In this document: positions 8,565 to 19,374 of the stretch, piece after piece
Layout of the letters: the number at the start of each line of letters is the position of its first letter
How positions within the stretch are numbered: the stretch's first letter is position 1
Source: a virus
Strand: one strand, 5' to 3'
DNA length: 64,000 nt
IMG/VR virus record: IMGVR_UViG_3300032038_000077
Span: 708 to 64,707 of that record
The notes under the pieces: generated by a model
Told to the model about the DNA's origin: nothing
Database searches by the model: none
Seen by the model: the letters and a program-made list of their open reading frames with translations, nothing else
Made by a program: the position numbers and the translations under genes

Positions 8565-8606
8565 TCGTCAGTTGTCTATCACATATGTACATATAAGGAG
8601 GATATT

Positions 8607-9467
8607 ATGTCTAATAACTCATTGCAGACTATCAATAGTCTGGTAACAAACAAGAGTGTTCGTGCAAGATTCGAACAGGTATTAGGGCGTGGTGCAGATA
8701 CGTTCATTGGCTCTCTTGTATCTCTGACAAACGGTAGCCGCGCATTGCAAACGTGCGATCAGAAGACGATTCTCTCTGCGGCGATGATTGCGGCAACGTT
8801 GAAACTCCCGATCAACCCGTCGTTGGGACTTGCCTACATTGTTCCGTATGGCGGTAAAGCCACGTTCCAGTTGGGTTGGCGTGGCATTAATCAGCTTGCT
8901 ATGCGTTCCGGGCAGTATCAGCGCATTAATGTTAGTGCCGTGCATGAAGGTGAGATTAAGGGGACGGATTTTATCACGGGCGATTTAATCCGTGGCAAAA
9001 AAGTGTCCGATAAAGTCATCGGATATGTCGCGTACTTCCGTCTGGTAAACGGATTTGAGAAGACGCTTTACATGTCTGTAGAAGAGATGCAAGAACATGC
9101 GCGTACCTATTCGCAGTCATATCGTTCCGGGCGTGATTCGGTATGGCGCACCAACTTCGACGCTATGGCAAAGAAGACGGTGCTGAAACTTTTGTTGTCG
9201 CGCTATGGCATCATGTCGGTTGAAATGCAGAACATGGATTTGGCATTGAGAGCCGATCAGTCCGTGGTAACAAGCAGTGTTTCGGGACAGGAAACGTTCG
9301 ACTACGTTGACAACAAGGACGACAACGCGCAGGTACAGGCACATGCAGACGCACCTTCTAAGAAAGAGGAAGGAAACGCGCAGAACGAACAGGATGACGA
9401 CGCGATTCTGGACGCGGTTTTGGAACAGTCCGAAAAACAGTATGACGCTACGCATCCGCAGGCATAA
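8607..9467 (+). CDS. recT: RecT single-strand annealing recombinase
   Basis: LPINPSLGLAYIVPY, FQLGWRG, FDAMAKKTVLK motifs. Confidence 0.92.
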   Translation: MSNNSLQTINSLVTNKSVRARFEQVLGRGADTFIGSLVSLTNGSRALQTCDQKTILSAAMIAATLKLPINPSLGLAYIVPYGGKATFQLGWRGINQLAMRSGQYQRINVSAVHEGEIKGTDFITGDLIRGKKVSDKVIGYVAYFRLVNGFEKTLYMSVEEMQEHARTYSQSYRSGRDSVWRTNFDAMAKKTVLKLLLSRYGIMSVEMQNMDLALRADQSVVTSSVSGQETFDYVDNKDDNAQVQAHADAPSKKEEGNAQNEQDDDAILDAVLEQSEKQYDATHPQA

Positions 9468-9485
9468 GGAAAGGGTTGAGAACAA

Positions 9486-10499
9486 TTGACGGAACAGAAT
9501 CAAGGGCAAGAGACAGCCCGTATCAAGGTAAACGATGTTTATGAGGACAAATTCTTCATGATTCCGCAGGGGCTTATCCTTGACGAGAGATATGCAGGCA
9601 TGAGTAGTTTGGCAAAACTTACCTATGCCGTGTTCAAGGACAGACTCAACCTGTCAATCCGTAATGGATGGATTAATAAGGACGGCGAACCGTATATCTA
9701 CTTCTCGAACGATGATATCCAGAAGATCATGCGGCTGAAAGAAAGACAGGCTTACAACATCATGAAGGAACTGAAAGACTTCAATCTCATTGATGTCGTG
9801 AAGAGAGGGTACAATAAGCCGCAGGAGATTTACCTTTGTCACCTTCAATATCCAACGCGGGCGGTTACTGATGAAATGTTCGGAGACAATAGAAACTGCA
9901 AAAAATTGCAGGGAAATGAGGAAGTTACTGCAAAAAATTGCAGGACTTACTGCAAAAAATTGCACCCTAATAATACTGATATGAATCAGACTGAATCTAA
10001 TAGTCATACAAAAGATATTATGTCTGGTTCAGGTAACGACGAACCGAACACTAAGAAGGAAACAAATCCTTCTTACGTGCCTAACGGCACTTCCGTGGCT
10101 AAAGCCACTACAACATATCCTTCTCAAATTAAAGAAGTGATTGACTACCTCAATGAGAAGACAGGTAAACACTTTCGAGCAAATGCTTACTCTAACGTCA
10201 AGCATATCACTGCAAGATTGAGAGAAGGATATGCCGTCAGTGATTTTAAAACCGTCATTGATAAGAAGTGTTCTCAATGGAAGAACGATAGCAAGATGAA
10301 AGAATATCTCCGTCCAGAGACTTTGTTTGCCGGTAAATTCGATAGGTATCTTAACGAAGAAAAGACAACCTTCTCCGGAAGATACAATAATCACTCTCCC
10401 CGCGAAGAGTGGAAACCAACCGGGTATGTTAACCAATCAGCGGGAACCGTCAAGGATACAACGCCACTTGACATTAACGACGAAGACTTACCGTTTTAA
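9486..10499 (+). CDS. Replication initiator (RepA_N domain plus phage replisome-organizer C-terminal domain)
   Basis: AKLTYAVFKDRLNLSIRNGWINKDGEPYIYF; C-terminal IDYLNEKTGKHF...YLRPETLF. Confidence 0.88.
   Translation: MTEQNQGQETARIKVNDVYEDKFFMIPQGLILDERYAGMSSLAKLTYAVFKDRLNLSIRNGWINKDGEPYIYFSNDDIQKIMRLKERQAYNIMKELKDFNLIDVVKRGYNKPQEIYLCHLQYPTRAVTDEMFGDNRNCKKLQGNEEVTAKNCRTYCKKLHPNNTDMNQTESNSHTKDIMSGSGNDEPNTKKETNPSYVPNGTSVAKATTTYPSQIKEVIDYLNEKTGKHFRANAYSNVKHITARLREGYAVSDFKTVIDKKCSQWKNDSKMKEYLRPETLFAGKFDRYLNEEKTTFSGRYNNHSPREEWKPTGYVNQSAGTVKDTTPLDINDEDLPF
9895..9964. repeat. Iterons, putative replication origin within the initiator gene
   Basis: ACTGCAAAAAATTGCA x3 (9895, 9927, 9949). Confidence 0.75.
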
Positions 10500-10512
10500 G
10501 GAGGAATAAACT

Positions 10513-11862
10513 ATGGCCAACTCCCCGTTCACCTTCAATGACAATGATGCAGAGGATAGCGTCATCAGCGCAATGTTGTTCGGTGACGAACTGGATACTA
10601 TCTTCTCCGAACTGGAACTTGATGACTTCTGTTCTAAGACCGGGCAGGGAATCTTCACGCTTGCCAACAAATACTACACAGAAGGAAAGACCGTCGATGC
10701 GGCAACGATGTTCAAAGATGCTATTGATTTGAAACTGTTCGACAGTGAACACGTACCTCTTACTTACTACGCCAAATTACATCTGCGGTCAATGGTTCCT
10801 TCCTATATTAAGCGGTTGAAAAAGGCAACCATGCGTCGGAACATCATTCACCTTACCGAAGATACGGCAGGGCGAATCCGGAATTGGGATGAACCGGAAG
10901 ATGTGTTGATTGGTTTAGAAGATAAGCTGATCGCGATGAACGGGACAGGCGTCAAGCGTGACCTTATCACGCCGGATACGATGGCACAGGGGTGCTTTGC
11001 GGCATACTTTGACCGTATGGATGAAGAGAAGAGAAATAAGAAGGTTCTCTATTCTTCCTACAAATCTCTCAACCGACAGGTTGGCGGCTTTGAACATGGT
11101 GACTTAGTAATCCTGTCCGCTGAATCCGGTGCAGGTAAGTCCGCGTTTGCAATGAATATTGCCCGCGATATCGGAATCACTCAGAGAAGACCTGTCCTCT
11201 ATATGAATAGTGAAATGTCAACGGAACAACAGGAACTCCGTTGGGTATCCTGCTTGTGCAACATTAGTCATTCCCGAATCCGTGACGGGATTCATAATGA
11301 ACGGGATGATGCGCGTTTGGCAGAACGCCTTGAACCACTCAATAAGTCAAAAATGTACACGCTGAACATCCCGGACATGCAGATCAATGTCGTTTGTTCG
11401 GAACTCCGCACGATGCAGAGACGATACGGTATTGAATTGGCTATTGTTGACTATATCGGGCGCATGGATACGATGTCAGATGATGCGAAAGAGTGGCAGG
11501 TTCTTCTCAACGCGGCACGTCGGTTAAAGACTATGGCGCAGGAACTCAATATGACCGTCATTATGGTAGCGCAGTTGACGGGTGACGGCATGAGATTAGC
11601 ACAGGGTAGCTATATGAAACATGAGGCTGACCTTTGGATTAATCTCCGTCGTATCAAGGATGAAGATGAACTTGCAAAGCATTATCCGTGGAACTGTGCG
11701 CTTGATATCCGCAAAGCACGCAATGCGGAATCCGGGAAGTCAATCCTTCTTCACTACTACGGCGACACGCTGACATTCACAGACAAGGAAGAACTTGCGA
11801 AGAAGTTTTGTAAGATGGAAGAGGCGAACAAGCCGATCACAGATGAGGACATTCCCGCATGA
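10513..11862 (+). CDS. dnaB: Replicative DnaB-like helicase
   Basis: Walker A AESGAGKS, SEMS, IVDYI, AQL, KARN motifs. Confidence 0.92.
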   Translation: MANSPFTFNDNDAEDSVISAMLFGDELDTIFSELELDDFCSKTGQGIFTLANKYYTEGKTVDAATMFKDAIDLKLFDSEHVPLTYYAKLHLRSMVPSYIKRLKKATMRRNIIHLTEDTAGRIRNWDEPEDVLIGLEDKLIAMNGTGVKRDLITPDTMAQGCFAAYFDRMDEEKRNKKVLYSSYKSLNRQVGGFEHGDLVILSAESGAGKSAFAMNIARDIGITQRRPVLYMNSEMSTEQQELRWVSCLCNISHSRIRDGIHNERDDARLAERLEPLNKSKMYTLNIPDMQINVVCSELRTMQRRYGIELAIVDYIGRMDTMSDDAKEWQVLLNAARRLKTMAQELNMTVIMVAQLTGDGMRLAQGSYMKHEADLWINLRRIKDEDELAKHYPWNCALDIRKARNAESGKSILLHYYGDTLTFTDKEELAKKFCKMEEANKPITDEDIPA

Positions 11863-12302
11863 AGACATTCCAGATTATCCTGCCGGGACAACCGGCAACA
11901 AAAAAGAATGGTGCAATGATGGTAGCAAGACATGCAGTCTTGTTACCTTCTAAACCATATCAACGCTACGAAAAACATATCCGCGAGTTTCTGGACGGGC
12001 AGGAACTTGAACGGTTCGACTTTCCCGTTAACATGCAGGTGCATTATTACCTGCAAAACTACGCACATTGGCCTGACCTTGTTGGGCTGATGCAGGCCAC
12101 GGCTGACGTTATATCTGATGACCGCAAGCATGGGCGTGAGTATATCCTTGTCGATGACCGTATTATCTATGGATGGAATGGCACTCATATCATGGGCATA
12201 GACAAGGATAACCCACGGGCAGAGCTTACGATCAGTGAGATAGATATTGACCCATCAGACATACTTGACCCGTGGATTCGGAAACGATTGGGGGTGAAGT
12301 AA
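11859..12302 (+). CDS. RusA-like Holliday junction resolvase
   Basis: GQPATKKN...PDLVGL...D...DD...DKDNPRAE. Confidence 0.75.
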   Translation: MKTFQIILPGQPATKKNGAMMVARHAVLLPSKPYQRYEKHIREFLDGQELERFDFPVNMQVHYYLQNYAHWPDLVGLMQATADVISDDRKHGREYILVDDRIIYGWNGTHIMGIDKDNPRAELTISEIDIDPSDILDPWIRKRLGVK

Positions 12303-13402
12303 TGAATGATTTGCAAAACAACGAACACTATTCTGACCCCACGGCAGGGTACGTAGAGAAGAGAGCGCGGCAATTTGAACGATGGAAATGTTTAGAGTCG
12401 CGCATTAAGACCGCCGTGTACTATATGCGCAAGGCCGCGAAACGAAACGGCTTTGATATTAGCGGCATTGTCTCGTTCATTGACGACAACACAGGCCGTG
12501 TTGTTAACTGGACGATTCACCATCAACCGGACAGTAAGAGGAAGGGTGTTTAAGATGTTTGAGATGTTTAGATATGTAGACCGTAGCTTTAACGGCGTCA
12601 AGAATATGGTTGTCATGTGCCTAGTAGAAGATGTTGCCGGTCTGCTGATTTACAAGGCGGGTGATTTTTACTTGTCGCAGTTGCGGGAACGTAGCAATCT
12701 CTTACCGAATAGCGCAGAACGGCTGCGGGAACAAACGTTCCAAAATTACGGGAGACATATTATCCGGTTCTTCTGTAGGTTGACCGATTCTAAAACCATG
12801 CGGACTGCCATTCAGAGTGCGGCGATGCTTGCTGACTTCGATGCAGAAGATGGAGAGATTGGTGACATTATATTAAAGGCCAATGATGATGAGGCTATTA
12901 TTCTGACATCATATGTTGACGCGTTCTATGCAGGAAGAGAGGACTAAACACTATGAGCTTTGCACGCAAGATGAACCGGAAGAATAATAAGACCGTCGTT
13001 GCTGTAGACAATACTTTGCTTGTTGATTCGTACACGAAAGGATACAAACAGGGATATAAGGAAGGATTCGACAAGGGCATTATGAAGACTGTCAATTCGA
13101 TGGCGCACAATACCAGAAAGAAACTGGAAGATGCGTGGCGTGAGGGTGGCGAACAGGCGCAGATCAATATGATTATCCTGTTCTTCCTCTTACTTCACGA
13201 CAAGTTTGGCTTTGGCAAGACGCGCCTTGAACGTGTCGGTCAAGCTATCCACGATCTGACGGATTGCGTTGCGTCCGGATATGTCTCGATTGAGGAAGTG
13301 CAGAAAGGACTTGTCGATGAAGGGTTTACCTTCTTGAAAGATATTACCATTGAACCGGCAGAACGGGATAAGAAACGGGAACAACAACAGGAACGGGCGT
13401 GA
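12302..13402 (+). CDS. Three hypothetical middle genes (12302-12553, 12555-12947, 12953-13402)
   Basis: Tightly packed co-oriented ORFs. Confidence 0.6.
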
Positions 13403-13504
13403 TTATATGTTGGACTTTTGTGAAACGATCAAAAGCGGAAAATATTTAGAAATAGTATAATATATATTGTAGGAAGACAGATAAGGACAACGTAAGTGAG
13501 GTTG

Positions 13505-13852
13505 ATGTCTATGGCTGATAAACACGATGGTAAGTATGATTTTGATCTTGGTGATATCGCAGACGCGATTCATCAAATCTTACAAGGTAAGGAAGAAGAA
13601 CAGAACAGTCACGGATACTATGTATCGAAAGACGGCAGTATGGATGTTATTGACGTGATGAATATGTTTCTGTCCGACGATGAGTTAAGAGGATTTTACA
13701 AGGGTAATCTGCTTAAATATATATTCCGTGCAGGACGCAAGCCTAACGAGCCTGCGTCAAAAGACCTAGGCAAAGCGATGGAATACCTTGCTTATTGGGA
13801 AGCCCTTGAACTCACAAATGAAGGTGATGACAATGTCAGCCCCAATGAGTGA
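13505..13852 (+). CDS. DUF3310-family protein
   Basis: HGYY...DVIDV...GFYKGNLLKYIFRAGRK...DLGKAMEYL. Confidence 0.8.
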   Translation: MSMADKHDGKYDFDLGDIADAIHQILQGKEEEQNSHGYYVSKDGSMDVIDVMNMFLSDDELRGFYKGNLLKYIFRAGRKPNEPASKDLGKAMEYLAYWEALELTNEGDDNVSPNE

Positions 13853-14108
13853 TGCGGACAAGAAAAGCGTTCGGCTTTCTGTGTACAAGGACATGTTTGG
13901 TAGGACGTACATGATAGGACGGACGCGGGACAAGCGTTGGGCAACATGGATTCGTGATGCGAAAGGTCATGTTGACAACATTATTAAGTGCAGTCCACGG
14001 AACACTTACTATGACGAGCAGATTCAGCTTGATTATAAGGCTGATCGTAAAGGTTGGCGATGGGTTGCGGAACAGGTTAGAGAGGATGTGCTTGTCGATG
14101 TCCTCTGA
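13833..14108 (+). CDS. Hypothetical protein
   Basis: RBS AAGGTGA; overlaps neighbours. Confidence 0.55.
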   Translation: MSAPMSDADKKSVRLSVYKDMFGRTYMIGRTRDKRWATWIRDAKGHVDNIIKCSPRNTYYDEQIQLDYKADRKGWRWVAEQVREDVLVDVL

Positions 14109-14436
14109 TAAACCCAAAAGCGAATTTGGCACTCGTATTGAGGGATTGTGTGAAGAGCGCGGTATCCCGATGAGTGAGGTTGCCAAAGCAATCGGAATGT
14201 ACCCGTCAAACTTTTATGTCATGTTACAGAACAACAATCTACCATCGGGTACGTGGATTAAAAAGATAGCGGTAGCACTCAATGTGACGAGCGACTTCCT
14301 TCTCGGCGTTGATGAGGTTGACCGCGATGAGATGTACTACTTCCAGTTACGCAACTACCTTGCGAAACATGGCAAGGATTTGAAACAGAATCAGAAGCTA
14401 GAGTTAATCAGCTTTCTGGTTGCAGACTACTACTAA
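14098..14436 (+). CDS. XRE-family HTH protein
   Basis: FGTRIEGLCEERGIPMSEVAKAIG...LNVTSDFLLG. Confidence 0.8.
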   Translation: MSSDKPKSEFGTRIEGLCEERGIPMSEVAKAIGMYPSNFYVMLQNNNLPSGTWIKKIAVALNVTSDFLLGVDEVDRDEMYYFQLRNYLAKHGKDLKQNQKLELISFLVADYY

Positions 14437-14451
14437 GAAAGGGTTGATTGT

Positions 14452-15201
14452 ATGAGATGTCCGATTGGGCGCGGCAGTCACCTGCCTGACTTCTACCCTT
14501 TCTTACAGTATTCGCCGTTAGATGGTAAGCATAGTCTCATGGAAAAGATTGTCTGCGATGCAATTGCGGGCATGTACCTGCAAGGCTACGATCTTGTTAC
14601 CTTCTCTGCTATCTGCAAGATGATTAAGGCAGGAAAGGAATACAATGGCGCACGCGTAGGCCGTGACCCGTATATCTATAATGCTACATGCGAGTTGATA
14701 CGTGACGGCAGGTTGATAAATGGAAAACTTGACAAGTTTTATTTTGGCAAGCGATTCCTCTTGGGCATCCAGTTAAACGGAGAGCCGCCTGCCTTAGCAA
14801 GAGCAAAGACTCTTGGCGGTAATACAGGTAACTATAGTATCCCGCTTGAAATGCTATGGACGCCAAACTGCGACACAAGACTAGCGTTGCAGTTGAAGTA
14901 CTGTATTGTGAAGTACATTACCATGCAGTACTTTAAACAAGGCGCGACAAGTGGACAGATTCGAATGTCGGACTTGTATGCTATTGTTGACGATACGTTG
15001 ATCGGTAAGTCGCGTAATAGGTATGATGAGGCGCGGTACACCGTACACGATATCCTAGACTACTATCAGTCGCAAGGATATATAACCAATTACCGCATGG
15101 TGCTTGATGGCAGGAATATGAAGAAGTATTACGGTATAGCGTATGAGGTTCCACGATTCCCTGATTGGGCAGATTATGAGAACCGTATGTTTGAGGTGTG
15201 A
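14452..15201 (+). CDS. Hypothetical protein (249 aa)
   Basis: Long ORF with RBS; no motif recognised. Confidence 0.65.
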   Translation: MRCPIGRGSHLPDFYPFLQYSPLDGKHSLMEKIVCDAIAGMYLQGYDLVTFSAICKMIKAGKEYNGARVGRDPYIYNATCELIRDGRLINGKLDKFYFGKRFLLGIQLNGEPPALARAKTLGGNTGNYSIPLEMLWTPNCDTRLALQLKYCIVKYITMQYFKQGATSGQIRMSDLYAIVDDTLIGKSRNRYDEARYTVHDILDYYQSQGYITNYRMVLDGRNMKKYYGIAYEVPRFPDWADYENRMFEV

Positions 15202-15219
15202 AAAGAAAGGCAGATTAAG

Positions 15220-15825
15220 ATGAGCAGGGGTTATTTGGTTGGTTATCTGGACAGAGAACGAGTTCGCGCATGTATGAAGAGAGCGGATGTTTCGTCGTTC
15301 ATGAAACTGTCAGAGCTTGCGCATGTCGGGTCGTCTTCTCTTTCGTTCTGGTTTAGTAAGAAAAAGAAGATTACGATTCAGCCGTTGGTTAAGATTGTCA
15401 ATGTGCTTAATGCAAATCCTCTGTGGCTGATTTCCGATGATTCGTTTGAGAAGCCTGCGATGGATGACAAGCAGGATGATAGTGACAAACCGGTCATTGA
15501 GTATTGGCACACAGAAGAACGGACAAAGGATGGCGACATTGACTTTTACTATGCAAGCGCAGAGCGTAACGGGATTGATTACGACTTCCGCTATAGTAGT
15601 AATAAACCTGATCGTGTTGAGATTTGGGGTTGCCGCGACAACGGTAAAGAAAATACTTTTCTTAATCACAGTCAGTACGAGCATGTTTGTGATGTCATGC
15701 TGAAAGATGTCCCGGAACATGCTTTCAGAACGGCGTTCAATCTGTTCTTGGGCAACGATGATTTCAGATTAGAACGCAAGGAAACGGTAGTGAAAGGCGG
15801 CGTTGCAGATGGAAACATTGCTTGA
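15220..15825 (+). CDS. HTH (Cro/C1-like) N-terminal domain protein
   Basis: LSELAHVGSSSLSFW...IVNVLNANPLWLI. Confidence 0.6.
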   Translation: MSRGYLVGYLDRERVRACMKRADVSSFMKLSELAHVGSSSLSFWFSKKKKITIQPLVKIVNVLNANPLWLISDDSFEKPAMDDKQDDSDKPVIEYWHTEERTKDGDIDFYYASAERNGIDYDFRYSSNKPDRVEIWGCRDNGKENTFLNHSQYEHVCDVMLKDVPEHAFRTAFNLFLGNDDFRLERKETVVKGGVADGNIA

Positions 15826-17588
15826 TGTGTTTCATGGTGTGAGCACCGCAATGTTTATCGGCGGCGCGGCGGCATGGGCAGGGTTCTGGTTCTGTGCCGG
15901 GTGTTGCCTTGCTACAAGGGTATGTAAACCGTTTCGGGTTGACGTTGATTCGATGCGCGTCATGGTAGATTGTAGTAAAAAGAAGAGTGGAGAGGTAAAT
16001 GATGAGCGTGAACAAAGAGAACAAAGCGTATATTGAGATGGCGGTAGATAGAGGCGGTGGCACGATTGATGTTGAGTATGTTTGCACACCCGGTGATCTT
16101 TGTGTAATGGTTAGCCGCTTACTTGCCGACTATACGTATCGTCGTCACGGTGTCGGCGGTGATGTCGCAATGAAGAGCGAACTTCTGCGGCAGTTGCTTG
16201 ACGATGTTAATGCATTGTCAAAAGGTACGTTGCGTGAGTTGATAGAGAAAGGCGGCATTAATAATGAAAACGTATGAGGTTAGATGGACGATTGAAGGAC
16301 GTCTGTTCATTGATGCGCAGGACGAAGACGAGGCGTATGAGAAGTTCGGCGATATGGATGCCGATGATATTATCCGCGCGTCAATGGGCTACGTTGATGA
16401 CATTCGTATTGAGAGCACGGAGGAACAGTAATGAAAAAGAATGTACCGATGGAAATCATCTTAGCTCCGGAACGTATTACCAATAAGAACAAGGACGGCG
16501 TTATTGTGAGTGAGGTGTGGTCAGCCCCTTTTGCGTGGAAGAAAGACCCGCACAATGACCGCGACTCCCTGTACTATGTTAAGTGGATGCCGCTTGATGA
16601 TCGCTACACCGTTGAGATCGTGAACAAGCGTAGCGGCGCACGCGAGATGTTTAAGATTAGGAGGGACATAGCACATAAGGACAGCCCGGAAAACATTCTG
16701 CGGTACGCAGTTGAAGGGTTTGTTGACAGTAAGAATGTTAAGGTAATCGTTGATCGCGATTAAAGAAGGTGAATGTTGTGAGCGCAAATGAGATTGCAGT
16801 TATCCTGTGTGCCGCGATAACGTTCATTGCGGATGGTGCGGCGATTGGCATGGTTCTTTCAAGCGCGTATATCGGTAAGGCAATTGCTATCGGCGCGGTT
16901 GGTATCGTTGGCATGTTGTACTTCATGTATGGAGAGGCAAAGGTTAGAGAATGAAGACGGTTATTCGGCCAAGAGATTTGGTTTGGCTTGACGTGGAATA
17001 TATCAAGAGTGCGGCAATGCTTAATGGCCTGTATTCTACAGCGCAGTTGGCGCGGTTTGCGCATATCGGTTTCCCGATGGCAGAGAAATGTCTTACCGGC
17101 GTTGTTGGCTGTGTCCCGTATTCCACGGCAGAGCGTTTGAGAAAAGCGTTTGTCTGTGGATGGGAAGAGATTCTTTATATCGACGGCGCAGGAACGTGTA
17201 CGTTCGTCATCAGCGGTAAAAATGTGGCGCATGTGCCGTATGAGGCTATTCGCCGTGACGGATTGGATGTCGGCAAGAAGCCGAACCTTGTTCGTGTTGA
17301 TTTTGCATGGCACTGGAAGGGTGACGATGGCAAGTTATATCGCGTAGATGGAAGTGATGCGGCATGACTAAGGGTGAGCTTAACCTTGTGTGTATGCATT
17401 GCTTCGACAAGTTGCAAAAGGCAGTAGACGATTTTAACGAGTCGTTGGATGTAATCTCTGACTTTCAAGGTGAGACATACGACGACGAAGAGGCAATGAG
17501 ACGATTGATCTTCCTTGCGGAACGTAAGGCAAGCGACTTAAATGTCTATGCGACGTGTATGCGCGATGAAATGGGGTGGAATAAATGA
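15803..17588 (+). CDS. Cluster of small hypothetical genes (including 15999-16277, 16431-16763, 16769-16954, 16951-17367, 17364-17588)
   Basis: Translationally coupled small ORFs, several with ATGA overlaps. Confidence 0.55.
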
Positions 17589-17920
17589 GTAATGGTGTAT
17601 TACCGCATCCGTGCAACGGTGTTCTCTTTGATAAATGGGAACCGTATTACTTCTTTGCTAAGATCGGCGAAGAGTATGGTGAAATGTCGGAAGCGTATCT
17701 TGATGTACTTATCAATGGCAATGATGGTGACGAACCAGACGCGGGCATGGATGAGCGTTGGCATCATTTAATGTTGGAATGTACTGACACCATCGTTGCG
17801 ATTAACGGATTCATGGAAGCGATGGGATGTAACGAACATGACCGTCAGCTTTTCGTAAAAGAGATTAATGCGTCGAACGGTAAGCGCGATGGCGGTAAAC
17901 GATTTAAGAAAGGTGAATGA
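17585..17920 (+). CDS. MazG-like nucleotide pyrophosphohydrolase
   Basis: KIGEEYGE...ECTD acidic motif pair. Confidence 0.55.
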   Translation: MSNGVLPHPCNGVLFDKWEPYYFFAKIGEEYGEMSEAYLDVLINGNDGDEPDAGMDERWHHLMLECTDTIVAINGFMEAMGCNEHDRQLFVKEINASNGKRDGGKRFKKGE

Positions 17921-18292
17921 CGTGAACGAAGTAATTAAGCGACAGGCTACACCGGAAGAGCTTGCGGAAATTGAACGCTTGTGCAAAGAACAGGACAGTT
18001 TTAGAAGGCCGCAGGACATTGCGAAAGAGCGCAAGATGGCAAGGGCTATGAGGTTGAGCAATGAAAGACAGAAACGATACCGTTCTAAGCATCGTGATTG
18101 ACGGCAGGGAATATCGGCTTGATAACGTAGAGGTTGCGCAGATATCGGACGATGGCGATGGCAATGAAGTCTTTGACTCATTTCCGTTTGAGGATGAGCT
18201 AAACGGTTTTGTCCGGTTGCGCCCGATGACAAGCTACGAAAAGTATATGGTGTTCGCCAAGTATGGCAAGAAACGAAGGAGGAAGAAGAAAC

Positions 18293-18874
18293 ATGCAGGT
18301 AGATAATGTATGTATCTATGGGCTGAATGAGAGTATCGTTGCGTCCGGCTACCCGATGCGGACTGACCTGCCAAAGAAGATGGAACTTCCAGATCAGCAT
18401 AGACGTGATGTCGCACATAAGTTAGGTTCTGTTCCAGTTGGCACGGCGCATGATAACTACCTTAATGGAATTGTCATTCAGTTTGATTTGACCTGTTCCG
18501 TTAAGATGTGGCAACAGTTGCAGAGATATCACTTCATTGACTTTGTGTCGTCGTCATCTACGGTGCATCGCCTTGCAAAGATGGACTTATCGAAAGGTGC
18601 GTACAACGAATACGTTGACATGAATGTGATTCATCATATGGAAACGTTGCAGTCAATTTATCAGACGAATCCGACAGAAGAAAACTTTATGCGGTTGTTG
18701 TACAACAATCCGGTTGGCATGAATCTTACCGCACGAATGACAACGAACTCCCGTCAGTTAAAGACGATTTATAACCAGAGAAAAAATCACAGACTGAAAG
18801 AATGGCGTGACTTCTGTGACTGGATTAAATCACTTCCAGAAGAAGTAGTTCCGTGGCTTGAAAGAAAGGAATGA
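18293..18874 (+). CDS. ThyX/Thy1-like protein
   Basis: HDNYL, QLQRYH, SSSTVHR, NSRQLKTIYNQRKNHRLKEW motifs of a phage family with a ThyX-like fold. Confidence 0.55.
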   Translation: MQVDNVCIYGLNESIVASGYPMRTDLPKKMELPDQHRRDVAHKLGSVPVGTAHDNYLNGIVIQFDLTCSVKMWQQLQRYHFIDFVSSSSTVHRLAKMDLSKGAYNEYVDMNVIHHMETLQSIYQTNPTEENFMRLLYNNPVGMNLTARMTTNSRQLKTIYNQRKNHRLKEWRDFCDWIKSLPEEVVPWLERKE

Positions 18875-19374
18875 CCGAAATGTTAATGGCAATTGGGTTG
18901 GCATTTATTGTTGCAGGTGTATGTGCGGCAATTATGATCGTGCAAAGAGGTATGAATGATATGAAACATTCATACAGTAAAGAGAATCGCGTCAACATGA
19001 AAGGCGTTGTTGCCTTTGCGCTCGCGGCGTTCTTAGTCTTGTCCGGTATTGGCGGTGGTATCATGTTTGGGTATCCGGAATACTTAGTGTGGCAACAAGA
19101 AAAAGAAGGTGAGGCGGCACTTGCTAAAGCGTCGCAGGATAGACAGATTAAAGTACAGGAAGCAGAAGCAGAGAAGGAAGCCGCTATTGCGCAAGCAGAA
19201 GCTAACCGTGTGTTAGGTGAATCTGTCCGTCAGTATCCGGAAGCAATGGAACAGAAGTGGGTAGAAGCTATTAAGGAAACTGACAACCAGATCATCTACC
19301 TGCCGACAGAGTGTTCTATCCCTGTAACCGAAGCATCGCGTGTCGCACAAAAGGCACAGAAAGCGGGCAAGTAA
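18871..19374 (+). CDS. Membrane protein with SPFH/band-7-like coiled coil
   Basis: TM segments followed by AEAEKEAAIAQAEANRVLGESV. Confidence 0.55.
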   Translation: MTEMLMAIGLAFIVAGVCAAIMIVQRGMNDMKHSYSKENRVNMKGVVAFALAAFLVLSGIGGGIMFGYPEYLVWQQEKEGEAALAKASQDRQIKVQEAEAEKEAAIAQAEANRVLGESVRQYPEAMEQKWVEAIKETDNQIIYLPTECSIPVTEASRVAQKAQKAGK